From NCBI GenBank assembly GCA_963674945.2, contig CAXXWQ010000002.1, positions 224,001 to 288,000 of the forward strand: a stretch of DNA of 64,000 bases, read 5' to 3'. The translations under genes and the position numbers were made by a program. Positions within the stretch are counted from its first letter, which is position 1. Each line of letters begins with the position of its first letter. The notes beneath the pieces are model-generated. The model was not told where the DNA came from. It saw only the letters and a program-made list of their open reading frames with translations, and did not search any database. This stretch comes from an uncultured Desulfosarcina sp. Its GTDB lineage: Bacteria; Desulfobacterota; Desulfobacteria; Desulfobacterales; Desulfosarcinaceae. Shown here one piece after another: positions 31,909 through 42,759 of the stretch.

Positions 31909-33351
31909 CTATCTTGTTGGACTGCCCTTAAAGGACCGTTTGTCCAGTTCGTATTTGTTCATCAGCTTGTTCAATTGCCGTGTGCCCACGCCTGCCTCCA
32001 ATGCCGACTGGTTGATTTTTCCCCTGTTTCGGGAAAGAAGTTCTTTGAGATAGCGTCGCTCGATTTCCGCCAACCCTTTTTCCCGGACCATTGCCAGCGT
32101 TTCGGTTGTATTGACGGTGATTTCGGTCATGGGTTCGAAGGTCTCGAAAAGTTCGGATGGAAAGCTCTCAGGCGTCAATTCATATGAGGTTTCGAGAATA
32201 TACGCGCGTTCCAACAGATTCTCCAGTTCTCGTATGTTTCCCGGCCAGTCGTAGTTCATCAATGCATCCATGACATCCGGATGGATGGACCGGATCGTCT
32301 TGGTGTTGAACTGGTTGAACCGCTTTAAAAAGGCGTTGGCAAAAGAGGGGATGTCCTCTTTGCGTTCGTGAAGCCGGGGGATGTGAATGGGGAAGACGTT
32401 GAGCCGGTAGAAGAGGTCCTTTCGAAACTGTCCCTGGTCGCACATCTCTTTCAGGTTAGCATTGGAAGCGGCGATGACCCTTACATTGGCTTCCAGGTTT
32501 CGTTCTCCGCCCACCCGCTGGTATATCCCCTCCTGGAGAACGGTGAGGAGTTTTACCTGGGCGGCTTTGGAAATCGTGCCGATTTCATCCAGGAAAATCG
32601 TTCCCTGTGAAGCCAATTCAAATTTACCCATTTTCCGTCGGTGGGCGCCGGTGAAGGCGCCCTTTTCGTGCCCGAACAATTCGCTTTCTATCAGCGTGTC
32701 CGGGATTGCGCCGCAATGGACGCTGATGAACGGGCCGTTTTTTCGATTACTGTGCCGATGGATGAGTTTGGCGTTGAAATTTTTCCCTGTACCGGTCTCG
32801 CCAAGAAGCAGTACGGTCGTCTTCGTGGGGGCGACGGACCGGACATTGTCATACACTGTTTTCATTTTTGGGCTTAACGTCCGGACGATGTCGGACCCGT
32901 CTTCTTGCAACAACTGCTCCCGAAGATAGGCCAATTCCGACTGCTGGCGTCGATCCCGCAACATCTCCTCCAGTACCAGTCTGACCTCATGGGCATCCAC
33001 GGGCTGTGTGATATAGTTGCTGGCTCCATTTTTCATGAAGGTGATAGCCCTGCGAATTTCGGTTGTCCTTACGAGGACGACGATGTCCATGAGGGGGCGC
33101 GCCGATTTTAGGTTCCTTATCAAACCTTTCGGATCTTCGTTGGCGTTATAAGCGGCATTGGCGTCACCGTCTGCCGAAAGCCCCTCCAACTGCGAAAGAT
33201 CGATAATGAGGCATTCGCATGGCAGGGTGTCGATATGTTCCCACAACTGATTCGTCGTGTTGGCGACGGCGATGCGGTAATCCGAGGATAGGACGTCACA
33301 AATGGTTTGGCGGGTTTCTCGATTTTGCGTCGATAAAAGGATGGTTTCCAT
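31909..33351 (-). CDS. Sigma-54-dependent enhancer-binding protein (receiver-like, AAA+, Fis HTH)
   Basis: GETGTGK, ESELFGHEKGAFTGA, FLDEI, FRKDLFYRLNV, WPGNIREL. Confidence 0.93.
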   Translation of the reverse strand: METILLSTQNRETRQTICDVLSSDYRIAVANTTNQLWEHIDTLPCECLIIDLSQLEGLSADGDANAAYNANEDPKGLIRNLKSARPLMDIVVLVRTTEIRRAITFMKNGASNYITQPVDAHEVRLVLEEMLRDRRQQSELAYLREQLLQEDGSDIVRTLSPKMKTVYDNVRSVAPTKTTVLLLGETGTGKNFNAKLIHRHSNRKNGPFISVHCGAIPDTLIESELFGHEKGAFTGAHRRKMGKFELASQGTIFLDEIGTISKAAQVKLLTVLQEGIYQRVGGERNLEANVRVIAASNANLKEMCDQGQFRKDLFYRLNVFPIHIPRLHERKEDIPSFANAFLKRFNQFNTKTIRSIHPDVMDALMNYDWPGNIRELENLLERAYILETSYELTPESFPSELFETFEPMTEITVNTTETLAMVREKGLAEIERRYLKELLSRNRGKINQSALEAGVGTRQLNKLMNKYELDKRSFKGSPTR

Positions 33352-33551
33352 ATGGGCAAAAGCGGTATATTGTCCATGGACAGAATGCGGCACCGATCCA
33401 AAGATCACCCGCAGACAGGTGCCCGAATGGATCGATCCCACACGATTGCATAGATTTGTTAAAGCAGGGTAATCCCCGCTGTGTCAATATTTATCACGAT
33501 GGGCGGTGCGTGCCTTGCCCATATCGTCGGATGATCGAAACCAACGGTGAG

Positions 33552-33650
33552 CGCTCAGCTTCTCGTAATTAGCCCGTTTCTATTGAGTACTGATCAACAA
33601 TTTTTTGAAATTATGCTGCTAACAGCCAATCGCTCAATTCGGGAAAACAA
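33552..33650. repeat. Element family A, copy 3 (partial)
   Basis: tcagcttctcgtaatt (inverse of the copy 1 end) and tttgaaattatgctgctaa..aatcgctcaatt. Confidence 0.55.
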
Positions 33651-33698
33651 GAACCAAAAATTCCGATTCTTTTCAAACCAGAACGGCCACTTCTTGTT

Positions 33699-34064
33699 TC
33701 AATAGCCGATGACTTTTTCGTAGGCCTCCCTGCTGCTCTTGCAGGCGATGCAGAATCTGGCCACCGGACGGGCTTTGAGCCTATTTATGGAAATCGGCTC
33801 TTCACAGTCTTCGCAAATGCCATAGGTACCGGCGTCGATGGCGTTAAGGCTGTTTTTGATTTTACTGATCAGGCGGCTCTCCCGGCTGCGAATGCGATAG
33901 GCGTTGTTTCTGGATAATTCCGATGTGGCGCGGTCCAATGGGTCGGCTTGGGCATCCGGATCGGATCGAACCAACTCCAAGACTGTGTCCTCCGCCTTTT
34001 CAAGCAAGTGCGCCAGTTCCGCCTCGAGTATCTGGCGAAAAAATTCGAGATCTTTCTTTTTCAT
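33699..34064 (-). CDS. dksA: DksA/TraR C4 zinc-finger protein
   Basis: DPLDRA coiled-coil tip; YGICEDC..RLKARP...CIAC. Confidence 0.85.
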   Translation of the reverse strand: MKKKDLEFFRQILEAELAHLLEKAEDTVLELVRSDPDAQADPLDRATSELSRNNAYRIRSRESRLISKIKNSLNAIDAGTYGICEDCEEPISINRLKARPVARFCIACKSSREAYEKVIGY

Positions 34065-34160
34065 GGCCCATCCTCTCTGTTCGGTGTTTTGGCGTTGACG
34101 CGACCGGTCGATTGCTGCCATCCGATAATCATCATGAAACGGCCGTATCCATCCGTTTTT

Positions 34161-34424
34161 TTACTCCGCATAGGGAAGTGCATCGAGCAACTCAAATTTT
34201 TTGATGTTGATCATGCGGTGCGCTTTCTTGCTCGTTTTCACAAAGCCCACGGTCCGTATCGGTCTGGTCACCAGATCCAGGAAACGTCCGCTGTTTTCAA
34301 TGCGATACTCTTCATCATCCGTGGCAAATAGCGATACCTGGGAAACCTGGTCGTGTTCATCCCATGCACAGGGTGTAACGATGCCGGTTAGGGTTCGTAT
34401 GGAATCATTTGTCTTCTTTTTCAT
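34161..34424 (-). CDS. Small hypothetical protein
   Basis: 87-aa ORF with AAGGAG SD; GIVTP..WD motif; downstream of a sigma-54 site. Confidence 0.7.
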   Translation of the reverse strand: MKKKTNDSIRTLTGIVTPCAWDEHDQVSQVSLFATDDEEYRIENSGRFLDLVTRPIRTVGFVKTSKKAHRMINIKKFELLDALPYAE

Positions 34425-34453
34425 GGTGACTCCTTCGGGTTTGTTCGCATACG

Positions 34454-34469
34454 AGCAATAGATGGGCCA
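34454..34469 (-). promoter_or_regulatory. Sigma-54 (-24/-12) promoter
   Basis: TGGCCC-ATCTA-TTGCT matches TGGCAC-N5-TTGCW, 30 nt upstream of ATG 34424. Confidence 0.7.
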
Positions 34470-34757
34470 AAAATATAACATGTTTAAATCATATTAAATA
34501 TTTGATAAGTTTGGGGCTCGTGATGGCAAAGGGCCCAAAAATCGGAATCAATGGTTCCGAATTTTTTCCCGGTTCGCCATCCGAAATGGTGAAGTGGGAA
34601 AAGTAACGGGAGGATTTTTTCTAACCATTCGTGATGATTGATAAAATAAAAAAGAAAAAAATGTCTGATATCGGAGACATCTGTCATGGAATTTGCTATG
34701 GACGTTTTTTAACATGATTGGACCGATCCGTGTCCATGGCACCAGAAAAGGGGCGGA

Positions 34758-35858
34758 ATGATGTCTACGGGAAACGATCATATCACGGAGCCGTTTGGTC
34801 TGATGGACGGGGCATCCGGAATGTTTGCGCAGATTCAACAGGACGTGAACCGGCAGCGGGAAATCACCATCGATTCTTCCCAGCCACTGGAAATGCGGTT
34901 GGAAGCCTACGAAGATATCATCGATTCGGAGGTCGGCGACACCGCGTTTATCCGGGCGCGCAATATCGAGCGGGAGACCGGCCTTCGCCAGATTTTTCTG
35001 AAGTTCGAAGGAGGCAATCCCACCGGTACGCAAAAGGACCGAATCGCCTTTGCCCAGGCCATGGATGCGCTGCGACGCGGATTCGATACCATCTCGGTGG
35101 CCACCTGCGGTAACTTCGGGGTGGCCCAGGCATTGGCAGCGTCCCTTGCCGGCATTCGTTGCGTGGTTTTTATTCCTAAAAATTACCATACCCGGCGTGT
35201 CGGTGAGATAGAAGCGTTGGGTGCACGGATCGAGCGGGTGGGAGAGGATTACGAGGAGGCGGTGAAGGCAGCCGTAAAGCGGGCGGAAAAAGAGGACTGG
35301 TACGACGCCAATCCCGGCGGTCGCAATACGATCTTGCAATTGGGGGCCTACGGCGGCATCTCCTATGAGTTGTACGACGAACTGGGCGATGCGCCGGCCG
35401 CGGTTGCCGCACCGGTCTCCAACGGAACCACATTCGCCGGAATATTCAAAGGATTTGCCAGCTTGTACCGACGGGGCAAGACCTCCCGCATGCCAAAGAT
35501 GGTGGCGGGGTCCTCTTTCAGGAAGAATCCCATCATTCAGGCGGCTCTTAAGAACAAGCCCGCCTGCGAGGACCTCAAACCGGATCGAATTCGGGAAACG
35601 CAGGTCAACGAACCGCTGATCAACTGGCATGCCATCGACGGCAACCTGGCCCTGCGCGCCATTCGCGAAACTGACGGATGGGCCGGTGACGCATCGGACA
35701 AGTCCATGCGCTGGTGTTCCAAATTGATTCGCGAAAGAGAAGGGCTGGATGTCCTGCCCGCCTCCACGGCCGGACTCATCGCCCTCATCGAGCGTCACAA
35801 AACCAATCCTTTGCCCAACGACAGATACGTTGTCGTGTTGACGGGGAGAAAATCATGA
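34758..35858 (+). CDS. PLP-dependent fold-type II enzyme (threonine synthase-like)
   Basis: LKFEGGNPTGTQKDR (Schiff-base Lys), ATCGNFG, PVSNGT, LPASTAG, VVLTG. Confidence 0.88.
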   Translation: MMSTGNDHITEPFGLMDGASGMFAQIQQDVNRQREITIDSSQPLEMRLEAYEDIIDSEVGDTAFIRARNIERETGLRQIFLKFEGGNPTGTQKDRIAFAQAMDALRRGFDTISVATCGNFGVAQALAASLAGIRCVVFIPKNYHTRRVGEIEALGARIERVGEDYEEAVKAAVKRAEKEDWYDANPGGRNTILQLGAYGGISYELYDELGDAPAAVAAPVSNGTTFAGIFKGFASLYRRGKTSRMPKMVAGSSFRKNPIIQAALKNKPACEDLKPDRIRETQVNEPLINWHAIDGNLALRAIRETDGWAGDASDKSMRWCSKLIREREGLDVLPASTAGLIALIERHKTNPLPNDRYVVVLTGRKS

Positions 35859-36934
35859 GACCGGAAGGAAACGCCATCGTCTATTGTGAAGGCGCATTTG
35901 CCACCCTGAACGGCAAAACGGCACACGGCCTGGTGCGTTTTTGCCGAAGATACCGGATTATCGCCGTGGTGGATACCCGTTACGCGGGAGCCGATGCCGG
36001 AGAAGTCCTGGACGGTAAGAAGAACGGGATCTCCGTGGTGGGATCCATCGAGGCGGCCGTGGACATGGCAGATCGTGCCGGAACCAAGGCCACCCACCTG
36101 GTGATCGGCATCGCGCCGGACGGCGGGCGTTTGTCGAAAGATGCCCGCCAGGATGTGGTCCGGGCCATCGGTCTCGGATTGAACGTGGACTGCGGCCTCC
36201 ATGATTTTCTGTCCGAAGACAATGAGATCGCGGAAAAGGCCCGTGAGTGCGGTGTCAGCCTCCGGGATATCCGCAAGCCACCGCAGCGAAAGGATCTTCA
36301 CTTTTTTTCCGGCAGGATCGAATCGGTACAGGCGCTTACAATCGCCATCCTGGGAACCGATTCGGCCGTGGGCAAACGGACAACGGCCTGGCTTCTGGTG
36401 CAGGCGCTGGAGAGGCGCGGTTACCGGGCCGAGATGATCGGAACCGGGCAGACCGCGTGGATGCAGGGAGCGCGCTACGGAATGATTCTGGATTCCCTGG
36501 TCAACGATTTTGTCTCCGGTGAGATCGAACATGCCGTTTGCCGGGCCTGGGAGGAACAGCGACCTGACGTCATCGTCATCGAAGGGCAGGGAAGCTTGAT
36601 GAACCCGGCCTACCCGGGCGGTTTCGAGATACTGGCGGCGGGGCGGCCGGACATCGTAATTCTGCAACACGCCCCGGCCCGGAGAGACTACGACGGTTTT
36701 CCCGGCTATCCCATTCACCCCCTGTCCAGGCAGATTCAGGCCATCGAGATCCTGTCGGGAAAGCCGGTTGTTGCCGTTACCATTAACCATGAAAATCTTT
36801 CCGACGAACAGATCCCTTCGATTCTGGGTGCCATCGAGACGGTGGTGGGGCTCCCGGCATTCGATTCCCTTCGCGACGGGGGGGACTCGTTGGCCGAGGT
36901 ATTGGTTCCCCGTATTCCGAAAGGAGAACGTTGA
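35855..36934 (+). CDS. DUF1611 P-loop protein (DgcN-like)
   Basis: GKTAHGLVR, GLHDFL, GTDSAVGKRTT, TGQT, DFVSGEIE, IEGQGSL. Confidence 0.9.
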   Translation: MRPEGNAIVYCEGAFATLNGKTAHGLVRFCRRYRIIAVVDTRYAGADAGEVLDGKKNGISVVGSIEAAVDMADRAGTKATHLVIGIAPDGGRLSKDARQDVVRAIGLGLNVDCGLHDFLSEDNEIAEKARECGVSLRDIRKPPQRKDLHFFSGRIESVQALTIAILGTDSAVGKRTTAWLLVQALERRGYRAEMIGTGQTAWMQGARYGMILDSLVNDFVSGEIEHAVCRAWEEQRPDVIVIEGQGSLMNPAYPGGFEILAAGRPDIVILQHAPARRDYDGFPGYPIHPLSRQIQAIEILSGKPVVAVTINHENLSDEQIPSILGAIETVVGLPAFDSLRDGGDSLAEVLVPRIPKGER

Positions 36935-39297
36935 CCATGTCGGATGATACTTCTACGATTTCTTCTTTCGACGACCCATTGGAAACGCTCGTTGTTTTCG
37001 ATCGGTTGGTGGTCGGCCCCGTAAAGCTGTCGCCTCGCCGGCTGGTGGCCCCCTATCGCCTGGAATGGGATGGAAAAACGGAACAGACGGAACTGATCTA
37101 CAATTACGAAGAGGATGTATTCGATCGCCGATCACCTGAATCAAGGAACCTGGCCGCCATGATCGCCGCCCAGGTGGCCCTGAATTACGGTCTCTTCTGT
37201 CGCAAGATTGTCTTCCATGGACACTTCGATAAAACCGACCGTCAATTTCTCCGTGAGATGGCCGAAAATACCGCCCGGGAGATTTTCGTAAAGAAGTTTA
37301 TAGAGCCCAATCCCTTTCTGGTGGGTGACGCGGTGGGGCTGCCGGCAGTCAAGCCCAGGGCCTATCTTAGGGCGAAACTTTACTTTCCTGAAAAGGTTCG
37401 CGGTGATGGATTTCACAGGTGGAAGACGGATAAGGGCCGCTACTGTGTACTTTCTTCCGGTGGCAAGGACAGCCTGCTCAGTTATGGCCTGCTCGACGAA
37501 CTGGGAAAAGACGTCCATCCGATTTTCGTCAACGAGTCGGGGCGTCACTGGTTCACCGCCTTGAATGCCTATCGCCATTTCCGGGACAATATCGCCAACA
37601 CGGCCCGGGTCTGGGTCAATGCCGACCGTCTCTATGCCTGGATGCTCCGCAGGATGCCCTTTATCCGAAAAGACTTCTCCAGTGTTCGTGCGGACGAATA
37701 TCCCATCAGACTTTGGACGGTGGCGGTGTTTCTCTTCGGTGTTCTTCCATTGATGCGTAAACGGGAGGTGGGGAGCCTCGTCATCGGAGACGAATTCGAT
37801 ACCTCCCGGCGGATCACCACCTCCGGTATTCGCCACTATGACGGATTGTACGATCAGAGCATCTGGTTCGATCAGCAGCTTACCCGATATTTCCATCACA
37901 AAGGGTGGTCCATCGTCCAATTCTCCCTATTGCGGCCCCTTTCCGAACTCTTGATCGAGAAAATTCTGGTCAAGCGCTATCCCCATCTCCAGACACATCA
38001 GATGTCCTGCCATGCCACCCACAAGGACGCAGAACGCGTCTTGCCGTGCGGCAGATGCGAAAAATGCCGTCGCATCGTAGGCATGCTCACCGCACTGGGA
38101 GAAGATCCCGGCCGATGTGGCTATACCGTTCAGCAGGTGGCGGATTGCTTTGCCGCCCTGTTCGAAAAGGGCCTCTACAGCCAACCCTCGGCAGAGGCGG
38201 GACACCTGTTTTTTTTACTGTCACGATCGGCTGCGGCAGTGTCCATGCCCGCCGATGTCGCAAGATCCGGCAGGGCATGCCCTGAAATCATGCAGTTGCG
38301 TTTCGATCCCAAGGTCTCTCCCATGGATGGTATCCCTCTGGATCTGCGGGCGGCGTTGTATGCTCTGTTCCTCGACCATGCCGATGGCGCGGTTCAGCGC
38401 CGCGGGTCCGCCTGGCAGGCGGTGGATGCGTTGTCCCATCCGGATTTGAAAAATCCCTTCGGTTTCGAATCGACACAGGGTGAGAAAAAGTCGATTTTTC
38501 AGTCAGAGGCGGCCATGGACACCTATTTCTGGGGAGAGTTGTGCTGGCCTGATGCCGACAATCGACTTCAGATCGTGGATACGGCACTTTTACCGGTGGG
38601 AGCCATCGAACAGCACGGCCCTCATCTGCCCCTGGACACGGACGCCCACGATGCGGCCTATCTGGCCAGGCGGGTGGCAGAGGATTGCAGTGATCCCAAA
38701 CCGCTGGTGCTCCCCCTCATCGCCTACGGCGTATCCTATCATCACGAGGCGTTCAAGGGCACCATCAGCATCAACAACGACACCTTGTCCCAGCTGGTAT
38801 ACGACGTGGGGATCAGCCTGGCCAAAAACGGCATCCAGAAACTGGTGATCATCAACGGTCATGGGGGAAACGCCCCTTCGTTGAACTTCGCCGCCCAGCG
38901 CATCAACCAGGATGCCCGCATCTTCGTCTGTGTGGATACCGGCGAGACCAGCGATGTGGACGTGGACGACCTCATCGAGACACCCAACGATGTCCACGCC
39001 GGGGAGATCGAGACCAGCACGAGCCTTGCCAATCGGCCGGAAGGAGTGCGCATGGATCGTCTTCACATGGAGGTTCCCGAATTTACCAGTCGTTATCTGG
39101 ATTTTTCTTCCAAGCGAGGGGTCGCCTGGTATGCTCATACCCACAAAATATCCAACAGCGGTGTCATGGGGGATCCCACCAAGGCCAGTGTCGAGAAGGG
39201 AGAGAAAATTTGGGCCGCCATGGTCGGGCATCTGGTGAATTTCGTGGATCAGATCAAGAGTATGACGCTTGAAGAGATCTACCAGAAGAAATATTGA
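36931..39297 (+). CDS. Fusion of a PP-loop adenine-nucleotide alpha-hydrolase domain (QueC/MurL-like) and a creatininase-family amidohydrolase
   Basis: [19 protein letters not shown]; from about 38515 [31 protein letters not shown]. Start is TTG 36931 or ATG 36937. Confidence 0.85.
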   Translation: MTMSDDTSTISSFDDPLETLVVFDRLVVGPVKLSPRRLVAPYRLEWDGKTEQTELIYNYEEDVFDRRSPESRNLAAMIAAQVALNYGLFCRKIVFHGHFDKTDRQFLREMAENTAREIFVKKFIEPNPFLVGDAVGLPAVKPRAYLRAKLYFPEKVRGDGFHRWKTDKGRYCVLSSGGKDSLLSYGLLDELGKDVHPIFVNESGRHWFTALNAYRHFRDNIANTARVWVNADRLYAWMLRRMPFIRKDFSSVRADEYPIRLWTVAVFLFGVLPLMRKREVGSLVIGDEFDTSRRITTSGIRHYDGLYDQSIWFDQQLTRYFHHKGWSIVQFSLLRPLSELLIEKILVKRYPHLQTHQMSCHATHKDAERVLPCGRCEKCRRIVGMLTALGEDPGRCGYTVQQVADCFAALFEKGLYSQPSAEAGHLFFLLSRSAAAVSMPADVARSGRACPEIMQLRFDPKVSPMDGIPLDLRAALYALFLDHADGAVQRRGSAWQAVDALSHPDLKNPFGFESTQGEKKSIFQSEAAMDTYFWGELCWPDADNRLQIVDTALLPVGAIEQHGPHLPLDTDAHDAAYLARRVAEDCSDPKPLVLPLIAYGVSYHHEAFKGTISINNDTLSQLVYDVGISLAKNGIQKLVIINGHGGNAPSLNFAAQRINQDARIFVCVDTGETSDVDVDDLIETPNDVHAGEIETSTSLANRPEGVRMDRLHMEVPEFTSRYLDFSSKRGVAWYAHTHKISNSGVMGDPTKASVEKGEKIWAAMVGHLVNFVDQIKSMTLEEIYQKKY

Positions 39298-39299
39298 AC

Positions 39300-40367
39300 A
39301 TGAGAATTAAGAGATTAGAAGCCTGGCCGGTCACCATGAGACTGGCAGAACCGTATACCATCGCCTACGAAACGATTACCTCGGCCACAAACGTGTTTCT
39401 GCGGATCGAGACCACCAGCGGCATCGTCGGGTATGGGTGTTCGGCACCGGATGCGGCGGTGACCGGAGAGACCGCCGAAACGGTAATGGATGCCCATCGC
39501 CGGGTCATCGACCCAGCCTTTACGGGTTCCGATCCCCTGCGACCGGTCATGCTGACCGAGCGGATTCGCTCCCAACTGAAAGCTGAGCCCGCGGCCATGG
39601 CCATGGCGGACATGGCTCTTTTCGACATCATGGGAAAAGTAGCCGGTCTTCCTCTTTTCCGAATGCTGGGGGGATATCGGGATCGCATGCGTACCAGCGT
39701 CACCATCGGGATTCTTCCCGTCCGCGAAACCGTGGACAGGGCATCGGCATACGTGAGCCAGGGCTTTCGGGCGTTGAAGATCAAGGGGGGCGGTGACGTG
39801 GACCTGGACATCGAGCGGATGCTCCGGGTGCGGGAATCCGTGGGTGAGAAGATCGCGCTTCGTTTCGACGCCAACCAGGGGTATGACGAGGCGGACACCC
39901 TTCGTTTCGTCATCGCAGTGCGGCCGGTGCGGCTGGAACTGTTGGAACAGCCCACGCCTCGGGCCAAAGAGCGTCTTTTGGGGAGGGTAACCCGGCAGGT
40001 GACCCTTCCCGTCATGGCCGACGAGAGCCTCATGAATCTTTCGGATGCCCTTCGGTTGGCGAGAAGAGAGATCGTAGACATGGTCAACATCAAACTCATG
40101 AAGGTGGGCGGAATCAACGAGGCCCTCAAGATCAACGCCGTAGCCCGCGCAGCCGACCTGGATGTGATGGTCGGCTGCATGGATGAATCGGCCTTTGCCA
40201 TTGCCGCCGGGCTTCATTTTGCCCTGGCACGGCCCAATGTCGCCTATGCGGACCTGGACGGTCATCTGGATCTCGTGGAGGATCCCGCTTTTGGTGCCGT
40301 CATTTTGAAAAAAGGGATCTTGTATCCCACGGGGCGACCAGGGATCGGTCTGGATCCCCGTCATTGA
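39300..40367 (+). CDS. Dipeptide epimerase (L-Ala-D/L-Glu epimerase-like, enolase superfamily)
   Basis: [41 protein letters not shown]. Confidence 0.9.
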   Translation: MRIKRLEAWPVTMRLAEPYTIAYETITSATNVFLRIETTSGIVGYGCSAPDAAVTGETAETVMDAHRRVIDPAFTGSDPLRPVMLTERIRSQLKAEPAAMAMADMALFDIMGKVAGLPLFRMLGGYRDRMRTSVTIGILPVRETVDRASAYVSQGFRALKIKGGGDVDLDIERMLRVRESVGEKIALRFDANQGYDEADTLRFVIAVRPVRLELLEQPTPRAKERLLGRVTRQVTLPVMADESLMNLSDALRLARREIVDMVNIKLMKVGGINEALKINAVARAADLDVMVGCMDESAFAIAAGLHFALARPNVAYADLDGHLDLVEDPAFGAVILKKGILYPTGRPGIGLDPRH

Positions 40368-40489
40368 CGACTTCGGTAAAAATCCGATATCTGCGTTATG
40401 CTTCATCCCTCGTCACTGCGGCGTATTTATGTATACGACTCATTCCTCGGGATTCGCAAGCCTTGCTCTCGGACTTTTATCGAAGTCGT
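40367..40489. repeat. Palindromic MITE/REP-like element family C, copy 1
   Basis: Terminal inverted repeats acgacttcggtaaaa/ttttatcgaagtcgt; homologous to 61203-61296. Confidence 0.8.
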
Positions 40490-40544
40490 TCAAAATCAAT
40501 TTCGTTTGTATCGTTACTTTGAACGAGGAAAAGAGAAGATAGAC

Positions 40545-41807
40545 ATGATCCAAGCCATGGGCGCCTTCGGCAGTTTGTTCGCCGCTGTTTTTATGTTATT
40601 GACCGGAAACGGTCTGCTCAACACCTTACTCAGTACGCGGATGGCCATGGACGGGTATCCCATGGTCACCATGGGTGTCGTCCTCTCCTGCTATTTTTCG
40701 GGGCTGTTGGCCGGTTCATTCGTCTGCCATCGTCTCATTCAACGGATCGGGCACATTCGCGCCTTTGCCGTCTTCGCAGCCGGTACAACAGTCATAGCTC
40801 TCTCACATGGACTATTTCTGTCTGCTTGGGTTTGGGGTGGGCTGCGCTTTTTCTGCGGTGTCACCTCCTTCGGACTGTTCATGACCATAGAAAGCTGGCT
40901 CAACGAATGCACCGATTCGGGATATCGGGGGCGGGTTTTCTCCATCTATATGATTCTCTGCTATTTGGGCATCGGCGTCGGTCAGCAGCTCCTCAATGCC
41001 GGGGACATCCAGGGTAACGAGCTTTTCCTCATCGCCGGGATCATCTTCGCCCTGTGCCTGATTCCCGTGGCGGCCACCGAAGGTGTGCATCCGAAGTTAC
41101 CCGGTCGAGCACGGTTCAGTTTTACAGCCATTTTTCGAAGGGCACCCTTGGGCATGCTTGGCAGCGTGGCTGCCGGGCTCACCAATAGTGCCTTTTACGC
41201 CATGATGCCGGTGGTGTGCAACGCCGTGGGCCTGAGCCATCATCAGCTCTCCTGGATCATGTCCATCACGGTATTTGCCGGCCTGTCCGCCCAATGGATC
41301 GTTGGGGCCGTTTCGGACCGGTTTGACCGAACCCTGGTCCTTACCATTGTTGTTATCGCCATCGTGGCAGTCAGTGGATTCATGTTCATCTACAAAGATT
41401 CCTCGTTTGTTGGACTGGCTTTCAAAATGGCGCTGGTCGGCGCCCTCATCTTTTCCGTCTATCCACTTGCCGTGGCCCGGACCCACGATATCTTCGGTGG
41501 TCAGGATGCGGTTGCCGTCAGCACCGGCCTGTTGTTCGCCTATAGTATCGGAGCCAGCGTGAGCCCTCTCCTTGCGTCGGGGATGATGACCCTGGTTCAC
41601 ACGCCGTTGGGTCTTTTCGCCTTCTGGTGCTTGGTTTATAGTATTTTTACCGGGTTCATCTTCTATTTGAGAAAAAAGGAAAAAATAGAAATCGTACCTG
41701 TGGATGATCAGGTCTCCTTCGTTCCGATGAAGAGTACCTCTCCGGTGGCCATGGTACTGGATCCGCGAACCGATCCTGAGGATGATGGTAAAGAGCATTT
41801 AGTGTGA
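40545..41807 (+). CDS. MFS transporter (YcaD-like)
   Basis: About 12 hydrophobic segments; RIGHIRAFA, IESWLN, RGRVFSIY, SDRFDR. Confidence 0.9.
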   Translation: MIQAMGAFGSLFAAVFMLLTGNGLLNTLLSTRMAMDGYPMVTMGVVLSCYFSGLLAGSFVCHRLIQRIGHIRAFAVFAAGTTVIALSHGLFLSAWVWGGLRFFCGVTSFGLFMTIESWLNECTDSGYRGRVFSIYMILCYLGIGVGQQLLNAGDIQGNELFLIAGIIFALCLIPVAATEGVHPKLPGRARFSFTAIFRRAPLGMLGSVAAGLTNSAFYAMMPVVCNAVGLSHHQLSWIMSITVFAGLSAQWIVGAVSDRFDRTLVLTIVVIAIVAVSGFMFIYKDSSFVGLAFKMALVGALIFSVYPLAVARTHDIFGGQDAVAVSTGLLFAYSIGASVSPLLASGMMTLVHTPLGLFAFWCLVYSIFTGFIFYLRKKEKIEIVPVDDQVSFVPMKSTSPVAMVLDPRTDPEDDGKEHLV

Positions 41808-41877
41808 GATGGTTCATCTTGTCCTACATAGCATGGTTGAAAAGAGAGTATTGAACAGCCGAATTCGCAGGCTCCCG

Positions 41878-42759
41878 TTACTGAACCACTACTCGCATTC
41901 GACCGATGTTCTGGACGAGGGCGTAGGGTGTTTCGGTATCCCCCTCCCTCTGCGAAGCGACGCGAATCACGGGAAAATATGTCCCAGGTTCCGAATAGGC
42001 ATACGTGGCAGATAACATCACCTGATTGCCCGATGTGTCGATATTGCCAAGAGGCGCCGCAACCGGATCGGTGCCGGCACCCTCGAAATCCCATTGCGCG
42101 GAAACAACCTTTCCCGTATTTGGCGGTACTTCGATGACCGCCGAGAACGCGACAGTCTCTCCGGCCGCAATCTCAACGCGTTCTTTTCCATCGGCACTCA
42201 GGGTTACAACTGGCTGAATGCCGCTATGCTCCGCAGCTGTCTCAGGTACTTCCACTTGGCCATCGATCACCTCATACGTAGTACTCATAGGTGGCGGAAC
42301 GCCGTCTTCGACCCATGCACTTAGCTCACGCAGCGCCTGTTCTATCGCTCCTATGTAGTCAACGGTGTGCGCTTGGGCGATAAGATCACTCTCCTCAGGC
42401 GTTTTGTGCTGGGCATGATCGATAAACCAGAGTCGGTGATTATCGTCAAGGTTCGATCCCAGCGCTTCTTCGACTCGCGAACGATACCAGTCGGCCTGCC
42501 AGGGGAGGGAATCCATATCCATCAATGTCTGCACCACGATTATCTTTCCATCAAATTGACCCGTCTGGTGAGACCCTGCCGCATTGAATGCACCAACCGG
42601 ACCCAGCAGGACATCTCTCTGTGGGTATATCGGAGTGCCATCGGGTTTTCTGAATTGATCCCATACATACATGTCAGGTGTCGGAATATAGTGACGGTGA
42701 TAGGTTTGCAGGGCGAGATAATCCGAAGAAAACATTCTATTCAACCTCGATTCCGACAC
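41878..42759 (-). pseudogene. C-terminal remnant of an alpha/beta-hydrolase (tannase-like) plus PKD-domain protein
   Basis: GKIIVVQ..D, HRLWFIDHAQH, WVEDGVPP, WDFEG, YSEPGTYFP; begins abruptly, overlapping the upstream gene's end, with no SD or signal peptide. Confidence 0.55.

Noticed and set aside
34758..35858. Assigning thrC
   Set aside because: Motifs deviate from ThrC and the context is not threonine biosynthesis, so the symbol was withheld.
40398..40544. N-terminal extension of the MFS ORF
   Set aside because: It derives from repeat element C; the likely start is ATG 40545.
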